Shown here piece after piece: positions 1-9,034 of a DNA stretch of 39,359 nucleotides; position 1 is the first letter of the stretch, and every line of letters begins with the position of its first letter. The notes under the pieces were generated by a model. The model saw only the letters and a list, made by a program, of their open reading frames with translations. It made no database searches and was not told where the DNA came from. The DNA is from Candidatus Nanopelagicales bacterium (GTDB taxonomy: Bacteria; Actinomycetota; Actinomycetes; S36-B12), in NCBI GenBank assembly GCA_044240285.1, contig JBIHZU010000002.1, positions 1 through 39,359 of the forward strand, read 5' to 3'. Position numbers and translations under genes: made by a program.

Positions 1-903
1 GTCTACGTATGGTTCGACGCGCTTCTCAACTACATCACGGCGGTGGGCTACGGCGCAGATCCCGACACCGTAGAAGCTGAGTTATTCGAGCGTACGTGGC
101 CGGTTGACGTGCACTTAGTCGGCAAGGACATTCTGCGATTCCATGCGGTCTACTGGCCCGCGATGTTGATGGCGGCCGAACTTCCCTTGCCACGCAAGGT
201 CTTTGCGCACGGCTGGTTGTTGGTGGGCGGTGAGAAGATGAGTAAGACGCGATTGACGGGCATCGCTCCCGCACAGATTATCGACCACTTCGGTGCCGAT
301 GCGTTCCGCTACTACTTCCTGCGCGCAATCACCTTTGGTAACGACGGCTCTTTTTCGTGGGAAGACATGTCTGCGCGCTACACATCAGAGCTGGCGAATG
401 GCTTGGGCAACCTCGCCTCGCGAGCCACAGCGATGGTCGAGAAGTACTGCAGTGGCGCGGTTCCAGCGCCCAGTGTTTACACCGATGCAGACCTGCGGAT
501 CCAGCAGCAATTGGTCGAAGCAGTGGATGCGGCCGACACTGCATACCTCGCACTCGACTTCTCGACAGGCATCGGAGCGGTCAATGGTTTCGTCGAAGCC
601 GTCAATCGCTATGTGACAGAGCAAGAGCCGTGGAAGGTTGCCAAGGACGATTCACAGATCGAGAGGCTGCACACCATCCTCTACGTCCTGTGCGATTCAT
701 TGCGCGCTATTGCGGTCCTGCACCATGCGTTGATGCCTCGAGTAACTGCTCTCATGTGGGAGCAGATCGGTGCTGTTGTGCTCGGTGGCATTTCTGATCA
801 GCGCGTCCAGCATGCAGCTTTGTGGGGCTTGCTTCCCGTCGGAGCCCGTGTCACCAAGGGCGAGATTCTCTTCCCACGTCTGGAAGATCCGGTCGAAGCG
901 TGA
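1..903 (+). CDS. metG: Methionine--tRNA ligase, C-terminal part (5' end cut by window edge)
   Basis: Frame 1 is open from base 1 (VYVWFDALLNYITAVGY...). It carries FHAVYWPAMLMAA and the class-I 'KMSKS' loop as GEKMSKT. Stop TGA at 901-903. Confidence 0.9.
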   Translation, partial: VYVWFDALLNYITAVGYGADPDTVEAELFERTWPVDVHLVGKDILRFHAVYWPAMLMAAELPLPRKVFAHGWLLVGGEKMSKTRLTGIAPAQIIDHFGADAFRYYFLRAITFGNDGSFSWEDMSARYTSELANGLGNLASRATAMVEKYCSGAVPAPSVYTDADLRIQQQLVEAVDAADTAYLALDFSTGIGAVNGFVEAVNRYVTEQEPWKVAKDDSQIERLHTILYVLCDSLRAIAVLHHALMPRVTALMWEQIGAVVLGGISDQRVQHAALWGLLPVGARVTKGEILFPRLEDPVEA

Positions 904-1745
904 AGGGTCTCCCCGAGATCCCCGTGGGATTGACCACTCCTGTTGTGGATACCCACTGCCATCTCGACATCCACGACTCCGAACGTGCAGGGTTGCACAT
1001 GAGTGTCGACGAGGCCCTTGCAGCCGCAGCAGGCGTCGGTGTGACTCGAGTCGTGCAGGTGGGTTGCGATGTCGAGTCGGCTCGTTGGTCAGTGGCGCTT
1101 GCGAATTCACGCGATGATGTCGTGGCGGCCGTTGCGCTGCATCCCAATGAAGCGGCTCGACTTGTCGAGCGTGGTGGTCGACCCGCGCTGGAGTCGGCAT
1201 ACGACGAGATCGCATCGCTCGCACGACATCCGAAGGTTCGCGCAATTGGCGAAACCGGCCTTGACTACTTCCGCACCAAGGGAGACGGCCAGGAGATCCA
1301 GCGCGAGTCCTTCCGCTGGCACATCGATCTAGCGATCGAACTGGGCAAGACACTCGTGATTCACGATCGCGATTCGCACGATGACGTCTTGGAGACCTTA
1401 GAGAAGCACGGCGCACCTTCACGAGTGGTTTTTCACTGCTTTTCGGGTGATGCAGCGATGGCACGACATTGTGCGGAGCGCGGCTGGTTCATGTCGTTCG
1501 CTGGTGTCGTGACCTTCGCAAGTAATGACGCCTTGCGGGAGGCGTTGGTGGAGGTCCCTAACGATCTCGTGCTCGTGGAGACCGATGCGCCCTATCTCAC
1601 CCCCGTGCCACACCGAGGCGCAACGAATGCGTCCTATCTTGTGCCGCTGACTGTGCGGTCGATGGCCGAGACGCGTGGCGTTGACGTAGATGAACTCTCC
1701 GCGGCCTTGTGGCGCAATGCCGAAAGCGCGTTCGGCGCACTATGA
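900..1745 (+). CDS. tatD: TatD-family metal-dependent hydrolase/DNase
   Basis: N-terminal VDTHCHLD and C-terminal [14 protein letters not shown] motifs. GTG 900 overlaps the metG stop (GTGA); the part of the ORF upstream of 900 overlaps metG and was discarded. Confidence 0.85.
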   Translation: MKGLPEIPVGLTTPVVDTHCHLDIHDSERAGLHMSVDEALAAAAGVGVTRVVQVGCDVESARWSVALANSRDDVVAAVALHPNEAARLVERGGRPALESAYDEIASLARHPKVRAIGETGLDYFRTKGDGQEIQRESFRWHIDLAIELGKTLVIHDRDSHDDVLETLEKHGAPSRVVFHCFSGDAAMARHCAERGWFMSFAGVVTFASNDALREALVEVPNDLVLVETDAPYLTPVPHRGATNASYLVPLTVRSMAETRGVDVDELSAALWRNAESAFGAL

Positions 1746-1755
1746 CCGGCTATTT

Positions 1756-2598
1756 GTGAGCGAGTCGTTGCTCGGTCCAGTTCAGGTACGCGAACTCGCG
1801 GAACGCTATGGCATTCGACCGACAAAGCAACGTGGGCAGAACTTTGTCATTGACCCCAACACTGTTCGACGCATTGCCCGAGTGGCGGAGGTCGGGGCTG
1901 ATGACGTGGTGCTCGAAGTGGGCCCGGGCCTCGGCAGCCTGACTCTCGCGCTGCTTCCGCTGGTCCGTCGTGTGATCGCAGTGGAGATTGACGAGACGCT
2001 GGCTAGCGCCCTCCCGAAGACCATCGGGGAGTACCAGCCGGAACATCTTGACCGACTCGACGTGGTGTGTGCCGACGCGCTGCACATCAAAGACCTACCA
2101 GAGGCTCCGACCGCGTTGGTATCGAATCTTCCCTACAACGTGGCGGTGCCTGTGCTTCTGCACGTACTGGAGACCTACCCGACCATTCGTCGTTGTCTAG
2201 TGATGGTGCAAGCCGAGGTCGCTGATCGGCTCGCTGCGCCACCGGGTTCGCGTACCTATGGCGTGCCCAGCGTGAAGGCCCGTTGGTATGCCGATGTGCG
2301 TCTCGCCGGCTCGGTGCCACCCTCGGTGTTCTGGCCGGCACCGCGTGTCGACTCCGGACTCGTCCTCTTGGAGCGCCGCGACCCGCCGACTACCCATGCC
2401 TCGCGTGCGGCCGTCTTCGCTGCGATTGACGCGGCCTTTGCACAACGCAGGAAGGGGCTGCGTTCTGCCCTGGGCCAGTGGGCCGGGGGAGCAGTGCGCT
2501 CGGAGGAGATTTTGCGAGCCGCGGGATTCGATCCCATGACGCGTGGGGAGATGCTCTCAGTCGAGGACTTCGCGCGCATCGCCGAGCGACGGTCGTAG
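1756..2598 (+). CDS. rsmA: 16S rRNA (adenine1518/1519-N6)-dimethyltransferase
   Basis: [18 protein letters not shown]-binding [12 protein letters not shown] and SNLPYNV motifs. The start is taken as the in-frame GTG at 1756, just after the tatD stop (1743-1745); the exact start is uncertain. Confidence 0.88.
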   Translation: MSESLLGPVQVRELAERYGIRPTKQRGQNFVIDPNTVRRIARVAEVGADDVVLEVGPGLGSLTLALLPLVRRVIAVEIDETLASALPKTIGEYQPEHLDRLDVVCADALHIKDLPEAPTALVSNLPYNVAVPVLLHVLETYPTIRRCLVMVQAEVADRLAAPPGSRTYGVPSVKARWYADVRLAGSVPPSVFWPAPRVDSGLVLLERRDPPTTHASRAAVFAAIDAAFAQRRKGLRSALGQWAGGAVRSEEILRAAGFDPMTRGEMLSVEDFARIAERRS

Positions 2599-2607
2599 GC
2601 TCTCGTT

Positions 2608-3513
2608 ATGCGTCAGCACATTGCCCGTGCACCTGCGAAGGTCAATCTGCAACTTTCGGTCGGGCCACTCCAAGATGATGGTTTCCACGATCTCGTCACG
2701 GTCTTCCATGCTGTTGCGCTCTTTGACGATGTACACGCGACGGCTGCCGAACCGGGCGCGGGTATCTCGCTCTCGGTCACGGGAGTTCAGCGTGACTTGG
2801 TGCCCCTCGACGCCAGCAATCTTGCTTGGCGCGCGGCACAGGCGCTAGCGAATCACGCGGGCGTTGACCCTGACGTACACCTACGCATCACCAAGGGCAT
2901 CCCGGTCGCCGGTGGCATGGCCGGTGGCAGTGCGGACGCGGCAGCTGCGCTCGTTGCCTGTGATTCGTTGTGGGGTCTGCGCACACCACGAGCCAAGTTG
3001 ATGGAGATCGCGGCAACTTTGGGGTCAGACGTTCCCTTCGGTCTTCATGGCGGCACGGCAATTGGCACCGGTCGTGGCGAGATTTTGACGCCGGTGCTCA
3101 CACGGAGTTCCTTCTGGTGGGTGTTCGCCCTTGCTGAAGGAGGTCTTTCGACTCCGGCGGTCTACGCCGAGTGCGATCGTCTTCGCGCTGGAAGCGCTGT
3201 CGCTGCACCGATGCTCTCCGGCCCGCTTATGTCGGCACTGCGCTCGGGCGACGCGACCGAAGTAGCCAAGAACCTCAGCAACGACCTTGAGCGCGCTGCT
3301 GTGTCACTGCGCCCTTCACTCTCGCGAGTTCTCGGACTTGGTGAGGAATATGCAGCTCTGCGCGCAATCGTGTCGGGCAGCGGACCCACGTGTGCATTCC
3401 TAGCTCGCGATGGCGAGCATGCCTTGGACTTGTCCGTAGCGCTTTCGTCAGCGGGACTATGCCGCACAGTGGTCAGAGCTGCGGGCCCAGTGCCCGGAGC
3501 CACACTTACGTAG
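2608..3513 (+). CDS. ispE: 4-diphosphocytidyl-2-C-methyl-D-erythritol kinase
   Basis: APAKVNLQLSVG N-terminus and the GHMP-kinase loop GIPVAGGMAGGSADAAAAL. The position after rsmA matches other actinobacteria. Confidence 0.9.
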   Translation: MRQHIARAPAKVNLQLSVGPLQDDGFHDLVTVFHAVALFDDVHATAAEPGAGISLSVTGVQRDLVPLDASNLAWRAAQALANHAGVDPDVHLRITKGIPVAGGMAGGSADAAAALVACDSLWGLRTPRAKLMEIAATLGSDVPFGLHGGTAIGTGRGEILTPVLTRSSFWWVFALAEGGLSTPAVYAECDRLRAGSAVAAPMLSGPLMSALRSGDATEVAKNLSNDLERAAVSLRPSLSRVLGLGEEYAALRAIVSGSGPTCAFLARDGEHALDLSVALSSAGLCRTVVRAAGPVPGATLT

Positions 3514-3525
3514 TGAGCTGCTCAG

Positions 3526-4539
3526 CTACTTGGCGACTTTGGCTGCGTCTGCAGCCGTTTTGGCTGCCAACGCCTTCTTGTAGCCACGAATTTTGTGACT
3601 CTTCTCTGGGTCGACGAGCTTGCCGGCGAGACGCAAGGGCTTGGGCCAGCGCACGTCGTAGGCCAATCGCGTCTGTTCGAGCCAGCGGATCGCACGCGCG
3701 CTGGCGTCGATCTGTCCGCGGAGCACTCCATGACGGGCGCATGTTGGATCTGCGTGATGCAGGTTGTGCCATGACTCACCCAGTGAGGGGATGGCCAACC
3801 AGTTGACGTTGGTCGAGTTGTCACGCGAGTTGAACGGACGCTTGCCGAAGACGTGACAGATGGAGTTGATCGACCACGTCACGTGATGCACGAGGGCGAC
3901 TCGGACCAGTCCGGCCCAGAAGAATGCCGTGATGGCGCCCTGCCACGACCATGTGATGAGCCCGCCGATTACTGCTGGCAGAAGCAGGGAAGCCAGAACG
4001 AGCCACATGAAACTCCTGGTGATCCGGCGGAGGTCGTTGTCCTCGGCGAGATCAGGCGCCCAGCGTTCGATGGAGGACTGCTGATCAGAGAACAGCCAGC
4101 CCGCATGAGCCCACCACAGACCCTTGGTGAGGGCCCACGGGGTCTTACCGAAGCGCCATGGAGAGTGCGGATCGTTTGCTTCGTCACTGAAGGCGTGATG
4201 GCGGCGGTGATCGGCGACCCACTGGCCGATGGATCCCTCGACGGCAAGTGAACCGGTGAGCGCGAGCAGGATCTTGACCGTCCGGTTGGTCTTGAAGGAC
4301 CCGTGAGTGAAGTAGCGGTGGAATCCAACCGTGATGCCGCCGGCACTAAGCACGTAGAAGACCAAGAAGATTACTACGTCAGTCCAAGACAGCCAGCCCT
4401 GCCATGCGACTGGGATCGCGGCAATGACAGCCATCAGGGGGATCACAATGAAGACGACGATCATCAACTTCAGGAGCGTGCTGGGCGGGGTTTCCTCCAC
4501 ATCGGAAAGGGGCTTGCGTTCGGGCGCTGCCGTGGTCAT
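3526..4539 (-). CDS. Membrane fatty-acid (acyl-CoA/stearoyl-CoA type) desaturase
   Basis: Three histidine boxes (HRYFTH, HRRHHAFSD, HNLHHADP) plus N-terminal hydrophobic helices. ATG start at 4537-4539 (reverse complement). Confidence 0.85.
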   Translation of the reverse strand: MTTAAPERKPLSDVEETPPSTLLKLMIVVFIVIPLMAVIAAIPVAWQGWLSWTDVVIFLVFYVLSAGGITVGFHRYFTHGSFKTNRTVKILLALTGSLAVEGSIGQWVADHRRHHAFSDEANDPHSPWRFGKTPWALTKGLWWAHAGWLFSDQQSSIERWAPDLAEDNDLRRITRSFMWLVLASLLLPAVIGGLITWSWQGAITAFFWAGLVRVALVHHVTWSINSICHVFGKRPFNSRDNSTNVNWLAIPSLGESWHNLHHADPTCARHGVLRGQIDASARAIRWLEQTRLAYDVRWPKPLRLAGKLVDPEKSHKIRGYKKALAAKTAADAAKVAK

Positions 4540-4654
4540 GCCGTCTCCTTGCAGTGGGGAATGCTCGCAGGAATCAATCTACCTCAGGATGCCCTGCCTT
4601 GCCTTTCCTCACCCGGTGTCACAATGATCACTGTAATTTTCCAAGATGGAGCCG

Positions 4655-4725
4655 TCCCGGTTCGTCTAATGGCAGGACAAGAGCCTTTGGAGCTCTGTAT
4701 GGGGGTTCGACTCCCTCACCGGGAG
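4655..4725 (+). tRNA. tRNA-Gln (anticodon UUG)
   Basis: Hand-folded cloverleaf. Acceptor TCCCGGT/ACCGGGA, D-arm GTCT-AATGGCA-GGAC, anticodon arm AGAGC-CTTTGGA-GCTCT (U33-UUG-G37), T-arm GGGGG-TTCGACT-CCCTC, discriminator G. The 3' CCA is not encoded exactly (the tRNA is followed by CCCA). Confidence 0.85.
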
Positions 4726-4773
4726 CCCACGTGTGGGCGATAGTGTGGCTAGGTCACACCATCAGGAGGTCCC

Positions 4774-6222
4774 GTGTCCGCATCCCCCCGCCCCGCAGTG
4801 GTCGTGATTCTCGCGGCCGGCGAAGGCACCCGGATGCGCTCGGCGTTGCCGAAAGTTCTGCATCGCGTTGCGGGCCGTTCACTTGTTGAGCACGTAGTTG
4901 AGTCTGCGGCCCATCTGTCACCGGCGCGTGTTGTTGTCGTTGTTGGACACGGACGCGAGCAGGTCACTGCGCACATCACGGAGATCTCTCCGTGGGTCAC
5001 AACCGTCGTTCAAGAGGAGCAGCTCGGCACAGGTCATGCCGTGCGCGTCACCTTGGCCGCCATGGGTGCAATTGAGGGTGGCCCAGTAGTCGTACTCACG
5101 GGTGATACCCCGCTGCTGACCGGAGTCACCCTCGAAACCCTCCTCGCGCACCACTCGGCTACAGACGCTGCCGCAACAGTGCTGACGGCCGTACTTGAAG
5201 ATCCGACGGGATATGGCCGCATTGTGCGCGGTTCTGATGGCCAAGTACGCCAGATTGTCGAACATCGCGATGCTGACGATGCCGTGCTCTCGATTAATGA
5301 GATCAACTCTGGGATGTACGTCTTTGATGCTGCGCAGCTGGCTGCGGCGCTTGCACAAATCACAACGGCAAATGCGCAAGGGGAGGAATACCTCACCGAC
5401 GTTATTGCGATCCTGCGCACTTCGGGAGCCCGTGTCGAAGCGATCGCTGCAAGCGACCCGACCGAGATCATGGGTGTTAACGATCGCGTGCAACTTGCTG
5501 AGGCGGGTGCCCACATGCGCGATCGCATTAACGCCCGATGGATGCGCGCCGGTGTCACGATGGTGGACCCGTCCAGTGTGTGGATCGACGTTGACGTAGA
5601 CCTCGCTCGCGATGTGACCTTGCTCCCCGACACGCACCTGATCGGCCCAACGGTTATCGCTGAGGGTTCGGTCGTTGGCCCCGGTACGACGTTGAAGGCC
5701 TGCGAGGTCGGGGAGCGTGCCACGGTTCGGCACACTTGGGCCGAACTCGCGGTCATCGGTCCCGACGCATCCGTTGGTCCGTATACCTACCTACGTCCGG
5801 GCACCATGCTGGGCGCTCATACCAAGGCCGGTGCATTCGTGGAGATGAAAAACGCGTCTCTAGGTGATGGTTCCAAGGTGCCGCATCTTTCCTATGTCGG
5901 AGATGCCCAGATCGGCGAAGGCTCAAATATTGGTGCCTCCACCGTTTTCGTCAATTACGACGGAGTCGAGAAGCACACCACCGTCATCGGTGATCAGGTC
6001 CGAGTAGGCAGCGACACGATGCTCGTTGCGCCTGTCACTATCGGCGATGGGGCCTACACCGCGGCAGGATCCGTCATTACCGAGGATGTTCCCCCGGGAG
6101 CAATGGCAGTTGCACGGGCGCAGCAGCGCAACATCGAAGGATGGGTCGAACGCCGTCGTGGCGGCACGAAGTCAGCACAAGCAGCAGCACGAGCCAAGGA
6201 CAATCCGAAGGAGGACGCATGA
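4774..6222 (+). CDS. glmU: Bifunctional UDP-N-acetylglucosamine pyrophosphorylase / glucosamine-1-phosphate N-acetyltransferase
   Basis: [14 protein letters not shown] nucleotidyltransferase motif and a C-terminal left-handed beta-helix hexapeptide region. AGGAGG lies 5 nt upstream of GTG 4774. Confidence 0.93.
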   Translation: MSASPRPAVVVILAAGEGTRMRSALPKVLHRVAGRSLVEHVVESAAHLSPARVVVVVGHGREQVTAHITEISPWVTTVVQEEQLGTGHAVRVTLAAMGAIEGGPVVVLTGDTPLLTGVTLETLLAHHSATDAAATVLTAVLEDPTGYGRIVRGSDGQVRQIVEHRDADDAVLSINEINSGMYVFDAAQLAAALAQITTANAQGEEYLTDVIAILRTSGARVEAIAASDPTEIMGVNDRVQLAEAGAHMRDRINARWMRAGVTMVDPSSVWIDVDVDLARDVTLLPDTHLIGPTVIAEGSVVGPGTTLKACEVGERATVRHTWAELAVIGPDASVGPYTYLRPGTMLGAHTKAGAFVEMKNASLGDGSKVPHLSYVGDAQIGEGSNIGASTVFVNYDGVEKHTTVIGDQVRVGSDTMLVAPVTIGDGAYTAAGSVITEDVPPGAMAVARAQQRNIEGWVERRRGGTKSAQAAARAKDNPKEDA

Positions 6223-7208
6223 CGGGTCTGAGTGTTCCCACCAGTAAGCAGTTGGTGCTGCTGAGTGGGCGCGCCCATCCAGAGCTCGCCGCAGAGGTGG
6301 CCGAGCAACTCGGCATCTCCTTGTCTGTGACTTCTGCCTACGACTTCGCCAACGGAGAGATCTTCGTGCGATTCGAGGAGTCGGTGCGCGGTTGCGATGT
6401 GTTCGTGCTGCAGAGCCACACCACGCCAATCAATACGTGGATTATGGAGCAGCTGATCATGGTCGACGCGCTTAAGCGCGCATCTGCCAAGCGCATCAAC
6501 CTGATCATTCCGTTCTACGGGTATGCCCGCCAGGACAAGAAGCACCGCGGACGTGAGCCCATCTCCGCCCGGCTGCTCGCTGACCTTTTTAAGGCTGCAG
6601 GTGCAAGTCGCATCATGACGGTCGATCTACACACGTCGCAGATCCAAGGGTTCTTTGATGGCCCCGTCGATCATCTCTTCGCACTTCCGCTGCTCTCGGA
6701 GCACGTAGCCAGCCGCGTTGATCGTCGCGAGATCACCGTGGTGTCTCCGGACGCGGGCCGCGTGCGTGTGGCCGAGCGCTGGACAGACGTGCTCGGTGCG
6801 CCCCTAGCGATCATTCACAAGCGCCGTGACCCGGACGTCCCCAACCAGGTCACCATGCTCGAGGTCGTCGGAGACGTCGAGGGCCGCGTGTGTGTCGTAG
6901 TCGATGACATGATCGATACGGGTGGCACCATTGCGAAGGCCGCCCAGACCCTCATGGACTTCGGCGCCAAGGACGTCATTGTGGCCGCTACCCACGGAAT
7001 CCTCAGCAAGCCAGCCGCAGAGCGCCTCCGCGATGCCCCGATTTCGGAGGTAGTCGTGACGAACACCCTCCCGATCCCGGAGGATCAGCGCTTCGACAAG
7101 CTCACGATCCTCTCGATCGCCCCGATCCTCGCCCGGGCCGTCTATGAGGTCTTCACGGACGGCTCCGTCACTCGCATGTTCGAGGGGGAGCACGAGTCGT
7201 CGGCCTGA
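6219..7208 (+). CDS. prs: Ribose-phosphate pyrophosphokinase
   Basis: [19 protein letters not shown] and the PRPP loop [14 protein letters not shown] 6219 overlaps the glmU stop (ATGA) and is preceded by GAAGGAGG. Confidence 0.93.
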   Translation: MTGLSVPTSKQLVLLSGRAHPELAAEVAEQLGISLSVTSAYDFANGEIFVRFEESVRGCDVFVLQSHTTPINTWIMEQLIMVDALKRASAKRINLIIPFYGYARQDKKHRGREPISARLLADLFKAAGASRIMTVDLHTSQIQGFFDGPVDHLFALPLLSEHVASRVDRREITVVSPDAGRVRVAERWTDVLGAPLAIIHKRRDPDVPNQVTMLEVVGDVEGRVCVVVDDMIDTGGTIAKAAQTLMDFGAKDVIVAATHGILSKPAAERLRDAPISEVVVTNTLPIPEDQRFDKLTILSIAPILARAVYEVFTDGSVTRMFEGEHESSA

Positions 7209-7267
7209 TTCGGTCGTTCGTGGTCGGTGGGCTAGACTGGCGCGCTGAAACCCATGAAGGAGTAGTC

Positions 7268-7633
7268 GTGTCGCAGGTTCGTCTTGTTGCTGAGCCCCGT
7301 TCCGATTTTGGCAAGGGCGCAGCTCGTCGTCTTCGCCGCGCTGGCCAGGTGCCTGCGGTGATCTACGGTGCTGGTGAGCTCCTGCATGTCGCGCTCCCGG
7401 GCCACGAGCTCACTCTCGCTCTCACCAAGCCACGTGTCGTCCTTGAGGTGGAGTTTGGTGGCACCGTCACTCTGACCAAGCCCCGAGATATCCAGCGCGA
7501 TGTGGTCAGCCGTCAGCTCGAGCATGTCGACCTCATTGTCGTCACCAAGGCGGAGGCTGGCGATCGCGCTGCCGAGGCAGTGGTTATCGCCGACGCTGAG
7601 GCTGTGGCTGAGGCTGAGGGCAACGCTTTCTGA
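7268..7633 (+). CDS. rplY: 50S ribosomal protein L25 (short form: N-terminal domain plus Ala/Glu-rich tail)
   Basis: GKGAARRLRRAGQVPAVIYG motif. GTG 7268 is preceded by GAAGGAG. The position between prs and pth is conserved. Confidence 0.8.
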   Translation: MSQVRLVAEPRSDFGKGAARRLRRAGQVPAVIYGAGELLHVALPGHELTLALTKPRVVLEVEFGGTVTLTKPRDIQRDVVSRQLEHVDLIVVTKAEAGDRAAEAVVIADAEAVAEAEGNAF

Positions 7634-7634
7634 C

Positions 7635-8225
7635 GTGGACAGCCCGTGGCTCGTCGTGGGTTTGGGCAATCCGGGGCCTGAATACGCAGCGACGCGTCAC
7701 AACGTCGGCGCGATGGCCGTCGCCACACTCGCATCCCGTCTCAACGAAAGACTCACGGCGCACAAGCGTGGCCGCAGTGACGTTGTCGAGGCCCGCATCT
7801 CGCAGCAACGTTCGGTATTGGCCATTCCGCGCAGTTTCATGAACGAATCAGGTGGTCCAGTTTCTGCCTTGCTCGAGTTTTACAAGGTCGATCCGACTCA
7901 TCTCATAGTTGTGCACGACGAACTAGACATCGCTTTTGCCGCGCTTCGAGTGAAGTTCGGTGGAGGTGACGGCGGGCACAATGGGCTCAAGAGCATCCGA
8001 CGCTCGATCGGCACCGGTGAGTATCTCCGGGTTCGGGTGGGCATCGGACGTCCACCCGGTCGGCAAGACCCCGCTGATTTCGTGCTTCGGGCGTTTGGTT
8101 CTGAAGAGCGCAAGGAACTCCCGGTAGTGCTTGAGCAGGTGGCTGACGCGATCGAGTCTTTAGTTGTTGCTGGTCTTGAACGCACGCAGAACGTGTACAA
8201 CTCCATCGATGGAAAGGCGACATGA
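7635..8225 (+). CDS. pth: Peptidyl-tRNA hydrolase
   Basis: WLVVGLGNPGPEYAATRHNVG and FMNESG motifs. GTG 7635 lies 1 nt after the rplY stop. Confidence 0.9.
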   Translation: MDSPWLVVGLGNPGPEYAATRHNVGAMAVATLASRLNERLTAHKRGRSDVVEARISQQRSVLAIPRSFMNESGGPVSALLEFYKVDPTHLIVVHDELDIAFAALRVKFGGGDGGHNGLKSIRRSIGTGEYLRVRVGIGRPPGRQDPADFVLRAFGSEERKELPVVLEQVADAIESLVVAGLERTQNVYNSIDGKAT

Positions 8226-9034
8226 TGTCCACCGATAGCGAACTGTCCGTCACGTCAGCGATTGAGGCTGGCCAACTCCTGCTGGACCTGCGAGCGACGT
8301 TCGGCGAATTGGATCCCGCCGACACAGACACGGCAAATCGACTCCGCAAAGAAGCTGACCGCGCTTCCCACCTGCTGATTGTCGACCGACTCGGATCTGC
8401 TCGGCCCAATGATTGCATTCTCAGTGAGGAAGGCAAGGACGACCTTGCCCGCCTCGGCGCTGATCGGGTCTGGATAGTCGATCCCCTTGATGGCACGTTT
8501 GAGTACGGCCAAGGACGTTCGGATTTTGCGGTTCACATCGTGTTGTGGGTTCGAGACGAGTCCGCGCCGACAGGTGGGCGGCTTGAGGCGAGCACGGTCG
8601 AACTCCCGGCGCAAAAACTCACACGCACCGATACCGATCCGGCGGGTCTGTCTTTCGCTTTGCCCGCGGATCGACCGATCCGCATCGTGGCATCGCGTAG
8701 CCGTGCACCCAAGTGGCTGCCCGCCGCGGTCGTGACTCTGGCGGAACGCCTCGGCCGCGAGGTCGAGGTTATTGACGTGGGATCTGTTGGGGCAAAAGTC
8801 AATGAGATCCTCTGCGGACGGGCGGATGCCTACGTACACGACACCGGCTTTTACGAGTGGGATGTCGCGGCGCCCTACGCCGTTGCGCACCAATACGGCT
8901 TGCACGCATCGCATGTCGATGGCGCACCCATCGTTTTCAATGCAGATCCGCCGTACGTCAACAGTCTGCTTGTCGCAATCCCGCCACTTCTTTCAGACCT
9001 ACGGGCGGTCTTCGCGGAGGCCAGTTCCTCGTGA
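8222..9034 (+). CDS. Inositol-monophosphatase family protein (CysQ-like 3'(2'),5'-bisphosphate nucleotidase)
   Basis: LSEE...WIVDPLDGTFEY metal-binding motif. ATG 8222 overlaps the pth stop (ATGA). Confidence 0.75.
   Translation: MMSTDSELSVTSAIEAGQLLLDLRATFGELDPADTDTANRLRKEADRASHLLIVDRLGSARPNDCILSEEGKDDLARLGADRVWIVDPLDGTFEYGQGRSDFAVHIVLWVRDESAPTGGRLEASTVELPAQKLTRTDTDPAGLSFALPADRPIRIVASRSRAPKWLPAAVVTLAERLGREVEVIDVGSVGAKVNEILCGRADAYVHDTGFYEWDVAAPYAVAHQYGLHASHVDGAPIVFNADPPYVNSLLVAIPPLLSDLRAVFAEASSS

Noticed and set aside
697-1464. Large antisense/shadow ORFs inside strong genes (e.g. 697-1464 -, 4918-5733 -, 5034-5756 -, 8255-8914 -, 9731-10387 -, 10384-11079 -, 19271-19906 -, 20168-20704 -, 25475-26053 -, 36377-36961 -, 38584-39216 -).
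   Set aside because: These are typical high-GC shadow frames. They are rich in Arg/Pro/Ser/Ala, carry no recognisable motifs, and each is fully embedded opposite a gene with clear family signatures.
8857-9030. Long N-terminal extension of the mfd ORF (ORF track start 8857). Similar extensions occur for tatD (822), rsmA (1690), prs (6141), rplY (7220), pth (7500), the lipoprotein (12450), the hydrolase (17906), the MBL gene (to 21832), greA (to 29870), DUF805 (to 33044), mca (30293) and the YbjQ fusion (23238).
   Set aside because: The extensions overlap the preceding, well-supported genes and have Arg/Pro-rich off-frame composition. Internal starts with RBS or 4-bp overlaps give proteins of canonical length.
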